From Dysgonamonadaceae bacterium (GTDB lineage: Bacteria > Bacteroidota > Bacteroidia > Bacteroidales > Dysgonomonadaceae), in NCBI GenBank assembly GCA_031254645.1, contig JAIRUA010000014.1:7353-31352 (forward strand): a DNA stretch of 24,000 nucleotides. The letters are read 5' to 3'. This document shows positions 16,564 to 24,000 of the stretch, piece by piece; the stretch's first letter is position 1, and each line of letters starts with the position of its first letter. The translations under genes were made by a program, and so were the position numbers. Below the pieces are notes generated by a model. The model did not search any database. It saw nothing but the letters and a program-made list of their open reading frames with translations, and had not been told where the DNA came from.

Positions 16564-17292
16564 TTACCCAACTTCCAGCCACAATCCTTTTCCTCTTTCA
16601 TTTACAATTTTAACCCTTTCATCTTCACTCAAATATTTTCGCAGTTTCGTAATAAATACATCTAAACTGCGCGAAGAAAAAGCAGGGTCATCATCTTTCC
16701 AAAAACGCTCTAAAATATCACTACGCTTGACCGAAGAATGGCGATTTTCATACAAAAGAAAAAGAATATCGGCTTCGCGCGAAGTCAGTTTTTGTTCCGT
16801 TTTGTTGTTGAGCGACAAAATACCCCGTTCGGGATCGAATGTATATTTTCCGATTTTTATTTTGTCAGATGCAGGTTGTTGCGATGCGCTGTCTTTCTGT
16901 GGATTAGGGGCGATGCTTCTCTGCACTCGTCTCAAAATCGCTTTTATTTGCGGGTGTAATTCTTGTGCGATGTACGGTTTTTTGATATATGCGTCGATTT
17001 CAATGGAAAAGCCTTCGCACACGGTTTGAGGCGAAGTAAGTCCCGATGCTAAAATAATAGGCACATTATCATCTATTTCGCGAATGGCACGCGCTAACTC
17101 AATACCATTCATTACAGGCATTTCTATGTCGGAAACCACCACATCGGGCGCAAAAGTTTTGAATATTTCAAACGCCTCTTTACCGTTGAGAGCATGGCGA
17201 ATATCATATTCATCGTCTTCAATCAGCTCCAAACCGCCTTGTACTGCGTAAGCAAGCGCTTCGCTGTCTTCTACAAATAATAGTTTTATCAT
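16564..17292 (-). CDS. OmpR/PhoB-family response regulator
   Basis: Receiver domain (FVEDSE, phosphoacceptor-type VVSDIEMP, and KKP). C-terminal winged helix LTSREADILFLL...LDVFITKLRKYL. Confidence 0.9.
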   Translation of the reverse strand: MIKLLFVEDSEALAYAVQGGLELIEDDEYDIRHALNGKEAFEIFKTFAPDVVVSDIEMPVMNGIELARAIREIDDNVPIILASGLTSPQTVCEGFSIEIDAYIKKPYIAQELHPQIKAILRRVQRSIAPNPQKDSASQQPASDKIKIGKYTFDPERGILSLNNKTEQKLTSREADILFLLYENRHSSVKRSDILERFWKDDDPAFSSRSLDVFITKLRKYLSEDERVKIVNERGKGLWLEVG

Positions 17293-18626
17293 AATGTTGT
17301 TTTATTTTTAGGGAAAAACAAATCGAAAATAGCACCTTCACCCTCTTTGCTGTACAAATTGACTGTTCCACCGTGCACTTGCGTTATACTTTTCACATAC
17401 GCCAAACCTAGACCAAAACCTTTTGCCTCTTTGCGCATTACGGCTGCACCTCGTTCAAATTTGGCAAAAATCTTTTTCCGGTTTTTCTTCGAAATGCCAT
17501 ATCCGTTGTCTTTTACGCTCACATTCAGCCCCGCATCACTCAATCGACAATCAATATCTATTTTCACACTTTCGCCCGAATATTTTATTGCATTGTCAAT
17601 TAGATTACTAATGGCGTTTGTAAGCATTGTGCGGTCTGCCGTGAAATGAATTTTTTCGGGCACGAATCGGGTGTTGAAATGCACCTCTTTTTTTGACTGT
17701 ATCGTGAATTTATCTATCAATTGATTGATAATAGCCGTTATATCTAAACTTTCACGAATAGGCACAAGTTTCGATTCTTCGCTGCGGGCAATGGTAAGAA
17801 TGCGGTCTGTGAGTGCTTGCAAATTTTCTACTTGCTGTTGCGAAATAGCGAGAAAATGATTTCGTTTATCAGCATTAGCCAACAGTTTTTCGTTGTGCAT
17901 CAAGTCGTTTACTTGCGCGATAGTGCCTAACGGCGAACGCATATCGTGGGTAAGCGCGTTAGAAAAATCAATTTGCATTTGGCGGAATTGTTTTTCTTTG
18001 GCGAATGAGCGTTGTAGGGAGAAAATGGAATAAATTAGAAAAATAAATAGCGGGAAGAAAATGACTGAAAAAACGATTATCATCACAATAAAAATATTAA
18101 AATCAGTTTCATACATAAGTACCTGTACACCTTCACTTTCATTGGTACGGATAGGGATAACTCTCGACTTTACCTTACTTGAAAAGTAACCTTGATTTGG
18201 CAATATGCCTGAATGAATGGTGTCGGTAGTCTCTATAATCTCGCCGGTTTCTATGTTTATTCGATTGATAATATGACTGTAAAGGTTGAAGTTGTTTTTA
18301 GTCAATTCATCGGAAAAGACAGAGTCTAAGACAACAAGTAATAAAGGAAATCCTTTTCCCATCAAGAACTCTTGCTGCATCAATTCAGGGTCTGTGTCAT
18401 TGTTATTTTCAAATGCAGCAAATTCTGTATTTGCCGATAGAGAGGTAAAAGCAATCTGACTTCTAATAATTAATTCTCTGTTTACTGAGGTTGTCAAAAA
18501 TCTATCAACTTCTGAGTTCTGTTGCATAAAAAAGAAGGCGGTAAGGGACTTAACCATAATAAGCCATAATAAAAGTATTACAATTATTGTAGAATAAGTC
18601 AGTATTCTTCGTTTTCCTCTTTTCAT
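17289..18626 (-). CDS. sensor histidine kinase (2 TM, HisKA + HATPase_c)
   Basis: H-box FSNALTHDMRSPL, N-box LIDNAIKY, G-boxes DNGYGI and GFGLGL. Its stop overlaps the response regulator start (ATGA). Confidence 0.9.
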   Translation of the reverse strand: MKRGKRRILTYSTIIVILLLWLIMVKSLTAFFFMQQNSEVDRFLTTSVNRELIIRSQIAFTSLSANTEFAAFENNNDTDPELMQQEFLMGKGFPLLLVVLDSVFSDELTKNNFNLYSHIINRINIETGEIIETTDTIHSGILPNQGYFSSKVKSRVIPIRTNESEGVQVLMYETDFNIFIVMIIVFSVIFFPLFIFLIYSIFSLQRSFAKEKQFRQMQIDFSNALTHDMRSPLGTIAQVNDLMHNEKLLANADKRNHFLAISQQQVENLQALTDRILTIARSEESKLVPIRESLDITAIINQLIDKFTIQSKKEVHFNTRFVPEKIHFTADRTMLTNAISNLIDNAIKYSGESVKIDIDCRLSDAGLNVSVKDNGYGISKKNRKKIFAKFERGAAVMRKEAKGFGLGLAYVKSITQVHGGTVNLYSKEGEGAIFDLFFPKNKTTL

Positions 18627-18724
18627 TCAATGATTTATTGATGTATAAAACTGCCGTAACCATATCTCAATAACGGAAATGATATACAAAATTGTGTTAC
18701 AACGCTGCAAATGTAATACTTTTT

Positions 18725-18952
18725 TCGTTACGTTAATGCAACGTTAAGAGGATCTCTCTAAAAATCTTTCTGACAGTCAACAGTTTGCAATTCGTTACTT
18801 TTTCAATGTTAATGAAAGATTTGCCGCAACGTTAATAAACTACCTGTATCTTCAAAAAACAAAATTACAAATATCTGATAATCAATCAACAATTCAATCC
18901 GAATGTTATATAACGTAATTGTGCTACGTTATGTAACGTTTTGATAACGTAG
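18725..18952. promoter_or_regulatory. cluster of ACGTTA/TAACGT boxes in a divergent intergenic region
   Basis: Seven exact hexamer occurrences: ACGTTA at 18730, 18741, 18829 and 18926; TAACGT at 18911, 18934 and 18945. There is also a perfect 9-bp inverted repeat, CTACGTTAT/ATAACGTAG. Confidence 0.45.
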
Positions 18953-18970
18953 TGTCCAAAATAAGCCCTC

Positions 18971-18978
18971 TATCTTTG
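18971..18978 (+). promoter_or_regulatory. putative -7 box TATCTTTG
   Basis: Sits 40 nt upstream of the ATG at 19019. Confidence 0.45.
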
Positions 18979-19068
18979 CATCGTGAATTACAAATAACAA
19001 ATTAAATATTAAAACAAAATGAAACGATTCAATTATTTTATTGCCTTTGCGGCATTAGCAACATAACA

Positions 19069-19629
19069 ATGTTTACAGCGTGTGAAAAAGAAAGTGGTTT
19101 GCCGCAAAAAAATACAGGCGGATTTATCGATTTGGGAAAAGGCATCAGCTATCGCCCCATTAGTGGAAATGCTTACGCAAAAGAAATCGAAAGGTGGAAT
19201 GGCGAAAAATATGATAAGCTTCCGCTACTAACCCGGAACAGTATTTTTGAATTACCGCAGCGAGAGCTTACGTCCGATACGGAAATTGACGCACTGCCTA
19301 CTTTACCGCAACCCGAAAATGAAAAAAGACCGGGTACAAACAATGGAAACAAATTCGAACAAGAACAGCACGAGCCGATTCGAGAAATAGAGAAAGAGCC
19401 GCTGCCATTAGACCCACAGCCTGTGAATGTACGTTGGTCTGAAATACGAAACGAAAATGCACCCGATGCGGTGGCTGTATTGAAAGAGCGTACAGGCAAA
19501 CCGTCAGTCGTATATTATATATTGCGTGGCGAGGTGGTTGACGAAAATACGTTCAATAGTGAAATCGGCAATGGTGCTACGTTTATTATTCAGGTTGGTT
19601 TGGGGATTGGTAATGTAATTGGGAATTAA
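19069..19629 (+). CDS. hypothetical lipoprotein-like protein whose signal peptide is in another frame
   Basis: 186-aa ORF starting MFTACEKE. A 15-codon ORF (19019-19066, MKRFNYFIAFAALAT*) just upstream encodes the missing n- and h-regions. Confidence 0.55.
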   Translation: MFTACEKESGLPQKNTGGFIDLGKGISYRPISGNAYAKEIERWNGEKYDKLPLLTRNSIFELPQRELTSDTEIDALPTLPQPENEKRPGTNNGNKFEQEQHEPIREIEKEPLPLDPQPVNVRWSEIRNENAPDAVAVLKERTGKPSVVYYILRGEVVDENTFNSEIGNGATFIIQVGLGIGNVIGN

Positions 19630-19636
19630 ATTTTTT

Positions 19637-19739
19637 GGAACGCAGATAACGCGGATTAGGCGGATAAGCGCAGATTTTTCCTCATAAACAATTATTTTAA
19701 ATCCGTGTGAATCTGTTTAATCCGTATCATCTGTGTTCC
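19637..19739 (+). terminator. 41-nt-arm RNA hairpin downstream of the lipoprotein gene
   Basis: 19637-19677 pairs with 19699-19739: 29 Watson-Crick, 7 G:U and 5 mismatches on the plus strand. It is followed by TTT. Confidence 0.6.
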
Positions 19740-19819
19740 TTTCCTTGCGTAAAATTGGCTAACGCCGAACGTTGTTTCAAAATAAAGAAATTCTTATTCA
19801 ATTATTCAAGAACAATTAT

Positions 19820-19827
19820 TATCTTTG
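19820..19827 (+). promoter_or_regulatory. putative -7 box TATCTTTG
   Basis: Sits 37 nt upstream of the ATG at 19865. Confidence 0.45.
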
Positions 19828-19864
19828 CATTATTATTTTACGGTAATCATAAAGCAGTAATTGT

Positions 19865-20995
19865 ATGACGAAGTTACAAAATCCATTTATTACAGGTGGT
19901 TACATTGCACCGAAATATTTTTGTGATAGAGAAAAAGAGACTGAATTGTTGTTGAAAAATATTCAAAATGGCAACAACATTACGCTCATTTCCACACGCA
20001 GAATGGGAAAATCGGGATTAATACACCATTGTTTTAACAATGCCCGGATTATGAAGAACTACACAACATTTTTTGTTGATATTTATGCCACTAAGTCATT
20101 GAGTGATTTGGTGTTTCTGTTGAGCAAAAATATTTTCAATCAACTGAAATCGACAAGTCGAAAAGTATTGGAAAATTTTTTGATAACGCTAAAATCCTTA
20201 CGTTCCGAAATCTCATTTGATGAACACGGCGTGCCTTCACTTACTCTTGGCATTGGCGATATTCGCAAACCGGAAGTTTCGTTAGATGAGATTTTTCAAT
20301 TTCTAAATAATTCGACAAAACCTTGCGTTGTGGCAATAGATGAGTTCCAACAAATTACAAAATATCCCGAAACCAACACCGAAGCATTGTTACGCACTTA
20401 CATACAGCAAAGTCCACAAACAAGATTTATTTTTTCCGGCAGTCAGCGACATATTATGGGCGAAATGTTTAATTCGGCTGCTCGTCCATTTTTCGCTAGC
20501 ACTTCCACCATTTATTTACACGCCATTGAAAAAGAGGAATATATTGCCTTCGCTCAAAAACATTTCAAGGCTCACAATCGAGAAATAACCCCAACAACTG
20601 TCGAAAAAGTGTACGATTTGTTTGAGGGCATTACGTGGTATATCCAAAAAACACTCAACACTCTGTTTGGGGAAACGCCCGAAGGCGCAATTTGCGACAT
20701 AAAAATGGTAAACGAAACCATTGGTTTTATCATTGACTCAAACAAATACATCTATTCGGAAAATATGTTTCGTTTGCCGGACAAACAAGGGAAACTGCTG
20801 ATTGCTATGGCAAAAGAAGGAAAAGTATTAGCGCCTACTTCTGCCGATTTTGTACGAAAATACAACCTTATTTCGGCAAGTTCAGTACAAGCGGCTTTGA
20901 AAGGGTTACTCGAAAAAGAATTTGTAACACGTGATGAAACCAGCTATGTGGTTTATGATAAGTTTTTTGAGGTTTGGTTGAGAGAGAAATACTAA
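19865..20995 (+). CDS. PF01637-like (archaeal ATPase / ATPase_2) NTPase with C-terminal winged-helix-like region
   Basis: N-terminus NPFITGGYIAPKYFCDREKE, Walker A STRRMGKSG, Walker B VVAIDEFQ. The C-terminal segment LLIAMAKEG...SASSVQAALKGLLEKEFV is HTH-like. Confidence 0.8.
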   Translation: MTKLQNPFITGGYIAPKYFCDREKETELLLKNIQNGNNITLISTRRMGKSGLIHHCFNNARIMKNYTTFFVDIYATKSLSDLVFLLSKNIFNQLKSTSRKVLENFLITLKSLRSEISFDEHGVPSLTLGIGDIRKPEVSLDEIFQFLNNSTKPCVVAIDEFQQITKYPETNTEALLRTYIQQSPQTRFIFSGSQRHIMGEMFNSAARPFFASTSTIYLHAIEKEEYIAFAQKHFKAHNREITPTTVEKVYDLFEGITWYIQKTLNTLFGETPEGAICDIKMVNETIGFIIDSNKYIYSENMFRLPDKQGKLLIAMAKEGKVLAPTSADFVRKYNLISASSVQAALKGLLEKEFVTRDETSYVVYDKFFEVWLREKY

Positions 20996-21002
20996 AATCA
21001 CA

Positions 21003-21992
21003 ATGTCATCATTCATCTACAAACAAATCTTACTCATATTCCGCCTAAAACGGACAATTTTTATCCGTTTACTAAAACAGATGCCTCTGCCTTACATTGC
21101 ATTTCTATTTGTTTTGGCAACGGTTTTGTCATATATTTTATTGAAAATAGATGTGCCAACGATGTGGAAAAGTTTACTGACAGTCGCCGTCGCACACACT
21201 TTCTTATGTAGTCAAGTGCAATATCGAAGCGAGAAAGTGTGGCTATTGAAACAATATTCATATTTACTCTTTTGTTCGTATACCATTGATTTTGTGTTGA
21301 TAACTATTCCGTTTTTTCTCTTAAATCCCATTTTTGGAATAACAGCTTGTGTAACAGCGATATTCTATGCTGCATTTCGTTCTCTATTATTGCAAAAACC
21401 GAAAATAAGCATCGTTGTGCCTTCGCCTTTTTTCGTAAAAAGCAGTTTTTTATGGCACGCACAAATGCGCTATCTTATTCCTTGCGCGTGGATTCTTATA
21501 CTGATTTTCGTCATCATCGGGCATTTGAACGACAATACTAATTTGGCATTTGTCGTTTTCGGTGGAGGAACGTTTTTAGCTTGTGTAGCAACGATCTTTC
21601 AATCGGAAAAGTTGGATTTCATACAAATTTATACAGATGAAAAACAGTTTATAAAACGAACAATCATCGAAACCGTACTTAACACAATCATTTTTATGCT
21701 GCCGTTAGCGATGGTAATGATTTTTCTTTTTCCCGATAACCAGTGGATTATATTGTTGGTATTCGCTTCTGTTATTTTGCTAAATATAAACGCATTGTGG
21801 ATAAAATATGCTTTCTTTCCTGCACAATCGTTAGTACTTGTTTTATTTCCTGTGAGTTTGGTTTTCTTTGGCGCATTAGCTACAACAATTTATGGATTGG
21901 TACTTTTGCCGATATATTACGCCTTTCTTTTCCGATTTTACAAAAAGAATATCCGAAAAATATTGATGAATGATGAGAGAATTGACAATTAA
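21003..21992 (+). CDS. polytopic (~10 TM) membrane protein, possible ABC exporter permease partner
   Basis: 329-aa ORF starting 7 nt after the NTPase stop. Its last 23 nt overlap the ABC ATPase start. I recognise no family. Confidence 0.6.
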   Translation: MSSFIYKQILLIFRLKRTIFIRLLKQMPLPYIAFLFVLATVLSYILLKIDVPTMWKSLLTVAVAHTFLCSQVQYRSEKVWLLKQYSYLLFCSYTIDFVLITIPFFLLNPIFGITACVTAIFYAAFRSLLLQKPKISIVVPSPFFVKSSFLWHAQMRYLIPCAWILILIFVIIGHLNDNTNLAFVVFGGGTFLACVATIFQSEKLDFIQIYTDEKQFIKRTIIETVLNTIIFMLPLAMVMIFLFPDNQWIILLVFASVILLNINALWIKYAFFPAQSLVLVLFPVSLVFFGALATTIYGLVLLPIYYAFLFRFYKKNIRKILMNDERIDN

Positions 21993-22650
21993 AGATTTAT
22001 ACAAATCATATGGTAGTATTTCTATTCTCGAAAATGTGAATTTGCACTATTTTTCGGGCACAATCAACGGTCTCATCGGTAGCAATGGCGCAGGAAAAAG
22101 CACACTTTTGAACTGCATCGCCGGATATATCGATTATCGCGGTACGATTGAACGAAAGCATATCGAATCAGTCGGTTTATTAACTGCTAATCCATATATT
22201 TTCCCGCGAGTTACGGGACACGAATTTATCCGCTTCGCACTTTCGGCAAAAAATCGAAAGGAAGACACAGCGCGATTATATCAATTAAACGCATTATTTG
22301 AGTTGCCACTCAACCGATTTGCAGACGAATATTCCGTCGGGATGTTGAAAAAGCTGCACTTGTTGGCGCTTTTGCTGCAAGATAACGATTTGTTGCTTTT
22401 AGACGAGCCATTCAACGGGCTTGATATTTTATCGTCTGCCTATTTATCGGAATTATTGTTGGAATTGAAAAGACAAGGCGCATTTATATTCGTTTCATCA
22501 CACAATATCAGTCAATTGATAAAAATATCCGATACACTAACACTCGTAGAAAATGACACGGCTGTGATGAAATCCGATTCGTTGACAAGTATCGAAAAAG
22601 AGATTGAAGAAAATGCGAAAAGTAAGGTAAAGAAAATGTTAAAAAAATGA
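21970..22650 (+). CDS. ABC transporter ATP-binding protein (ABC-2/DrrA-like)
   Basis: Walker A GSNGAGKST, signature variant YSVGM, Walker B/D-loop LLLLDEPFNGLD, H-loop VSSH. Confidence 0.85.
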   Translation: MMRELTIKDLYKSYGSISILENVNLHYFSGTINGLIGSNGAGKSTLLNCIAGYIDYRGTIERKHIESVGLLTANPYIFPRVTGHEFIRFALSAKNRKEDTARLYQLNALFELPLNRFADEYSVGMLKKLHLLALLLQDNDLLLLDEPFNGLDILSSAYLSELLLELKRQGAFIFVSSHNISQLIKISDTLTLVENDTAVMKSDSLTSIEKEIEENAKSKVKKMLKK

Positions 22651-22777
22651 TTGAATGATATCCGGCAAATCAAAAAAACAATCCCTCATTTCCTTCAAAA
22701 CTTCTATTTTTGCTCAAACAAGATAAATTTGTGCAATTTTTTAATCAAATAGTTTTATCAGACAATTAAAAATTGCT

Positions 22778-22785
22778 TATCTTTG
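22778..22785 (+). promoter_or_regulatory. putative -7 box TATCTTTG for rseC-rnf
   Basis: Sits 49 nt upstream of the GTG at 22835. Confidence 0.4.
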
Positions 22786-22834
22786 CCACCGAATCAATAA
22801 AAAAGACATAAAGGAATTTCATAAGAGTCAGTTT

Positions 22835-23251
22835 GTGATTGAAAATCAGGGAATTATAGAGCAAATAAACGGAAATCATATTACCGTGAAAATATTGCAA
22901 CAATCGGCGTGCAGCAATTGCCACGCCAAACGTGCTTGCATAGCTGCCGACTCAAAAGAAAAACGGATAGATATTTTTGATCAATCCAACCAATTCAGTG
23001 TAAATGAAACAGTCATTATCGAAGGGAAAGAATCCATTGGATACAAAGCCATTCTATGGGCTTTTGTCATTCCGTTGATTATCGTGGTAATAGTGCTTAT
23101 TTTAACTGCATTGGTGTGGGAACTTAGTGAATTGAGCTCCGTTCTAAGTGCAATAGTAGCCCTAATACCTTATTATGCATTGCTTTATTTATTGAGAGAC
23201 AAAATCGCAAAAATATTGGTTTTCAGTATAAAAAAACAAGTAAACGAGTAA
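22835..23251 (+). CDS. rseC: RseC/MucC-family (SoxR-reducing system) membrane protein
   Basis: N-terminal OB-like segment with SACSNCHAKRAC cysteines, then two TM helices. It sits immediately upstream of rnfB. GTG start. Confidence 0.7.
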   Translation: MIENQGIIEQINGNHITVKILQQSACSNCHAKRACIAADSKEKRIDIFDQSNQFSVNETVIIEGKESIGYKAILWAFVIPLIIVVIVLILTALVWELSELSSVLSAIVALIPYYALLYLLRDKIAKILVFSIKKQVNE

Positions 23252-23264
23252 TTAGTGAACAGTG

Positions 23265-23296
23265 CTTTCGCGCCTTCGCGCTTTCGTACTTTCGCG
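23265..23296. repeat. octamer tandem array in the rseC-rnfB spacer
   Basis: CTTTCGCG, CCTTCGCG, CTTTCGTA, CTTTCGCG. This is the same word family as 16026-16057. Confidence 0.7.
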
Positions 23297-23322
23297 CAAA
23301 ACATTAGATTAAACATTAAAAT

Positions 23323-24000
23323 ATGAGCGTTATACTTACCGCTATTGTCGTATTAAGCGTTGTAGGAGCCGGTTGTGCCGGAATTCTCTATCTGATAGGA
23401 CAAAAGTTCAAAGTGGAAGAAGACCCACGTATTCAGCAAGTACAAGATGTGCTTCCATCTGCTAATTGTGGCGGCTGCGGATATCCGGGTTGCGCCGGAT
23501 TTGCTGTAGCTTGCATCAAAGCCGATTCGTTAGACGGGCTTAACTGTCCTCCCGGCGGCGCTGATGTAATGCAAAAAGTAGCCGCAATTCTCGGAAGAAC
23601 AGCAACAGCGACAACTAAAAAAATCGCCGTACTGCGTTGCAACGGCTCGTGCGAAGAGCGTCCGCATACAAATCAATATGAAGGCGCAACAAGCTGTGCT
23701 ATAGCATCGGCTCTTTACGGAGGTGAAACCGGCTGCACGTTTGGCTGTCTTGGATTAGGTGATTGCGTGTTGACGTGCACATTCGATGCGATTCATATTA
23801 ACCCTGCTACAATGCTTCCCGAAGTAGATGAGGAAAAATGTACGGCTTGTAATGCGTGCGTAAAAAAATGTCCGAAAATGATTCTCGAATTGCGCAAACA
23901 AGGACCAAAATCGCGCCGTATTTACGTGAGCTGTGCCAACAAAGATAAAGGTGGAGTAGCGAAAAAATCGTGCAGCGTGGCGTGTATCGGTTGTGGAAAA
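23323..24000 (+). CDS. rnfB: Rnf electron transport complex subunit B (5' partial, runs off the window)
   Basis: Hand translation from the ATG at 23323 gives MSVILTAIVVLSVVGAGCAG...ANCGGCGYPGCAGFAVAC...CTACNACVKKCP. It has an N-terminal TM helix and Fe-S cysteine clusters, and stays open to 24000. It is absent from the ORF track because it has no stop. Confidence 0.9.
   Translation, partial: MSVILTAIVVLSVVGAGCAGILYLIGQKFKVEEDPRIQQVQDVLPSANCGGCGYPGCAGFAVACIKADSLDGLNCPPGGADVMQKVAAILGRTATATTKKIAVLRCNGSCEERPHTNQYEGATSCAIASALYGGETGCTFGCLGLGDCVLTCTFDAIHINPATMLPEVDEEKCTACNACVKKCPKMILELRKQGPKSRRIYVSCANKDKGGVAKKSCSVACIGCGK

Noticed and set aside
16505-17029. 174-aa plus-strand ORF, plus other long antisense ORFs (1576-1959, 3223-3582, 6343-6714, 12326-12619, 13861-14163, 14187-14537, 15114-15575, 15572-15940, 17347-17649, 19173-19499)
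   Set aside because: All are embedded antisense or out of frame within genes that have strong family motifs (response regulator, hydrolase, cydA/B, kinase and others). Their sequences are low-complexity or Cys/Ser/Phe-rich shadows.
23433-23642. 69-aa minus-strand ORF
   Set aside because: It is antisense to the clearly recognisable rnfB reading frame (cysteine-cluster motifs), which the track omits only because it runs off the window.

Overview
This window looks like an AT-rich chromosomal core region of a Bacteroidota (Bacteroidales-like) genome. That call rests on repeated TAnnTTTG -7 promoter boxes, no obvious Shine-Dalgarno sequences, and typical gene content (DUF3822-rsmD, a DUF4492-like gene with cydAB, rseC-rnfB). 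I support about 27 protein genes and one tRNA.

Reading left to right, the genes are:
- a small membrane protein and a multi-TM protein with a PH-like C-terminus
- a secreted alpha/beta hydrolase, convergent with rsmI
- a hypothetical acidic protein and a higBA toxin-antitoxin pair
- a RecD-like SF1 helicase and a membrane-anchored hypothetical
- DUF3822 and rsmD
- a minus-strand cluster of three small PH-like or TM genes, then initiator tRNA-fMet
- a GT2 polyprenol-phosphate mannose synthase-like gene, class I dihydroorotase and a GT-B glycosyltransferase
- cydB, cydA and a small upstream membrane gene
- an OmpR-type response regulator with its histidine kinase
- a lipoprotein-like gene with a broken signal peptide
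- a PF01637-like NTPase, a roughly 10-TM protein and an ABC ATPase
- rseC and the 5' part of rnfB, which runs off the window

I found no CRISPR array, integrase, transposase or obvious defense island.

The least conventional signals are non-coding:
1. Several same-strand intercistronic spacers are filled almost completely by long hairpins with 21-41 nt arms. The arms are built from spacer-specific 7-16 nt tandem words. One hairpin carries G:U pairs that favour the coding-strand RNA.
2. The same CTTTCGCG-type octamer array (x4) sits in the first spacer of both the cyd and rnf operons.
3. A dense cluster of ACGTTA/TAACGT boxes lies between the two-component system and the lipoprotein gene.

All protein family calls come from motif recognition by eye. 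No database search was possible.
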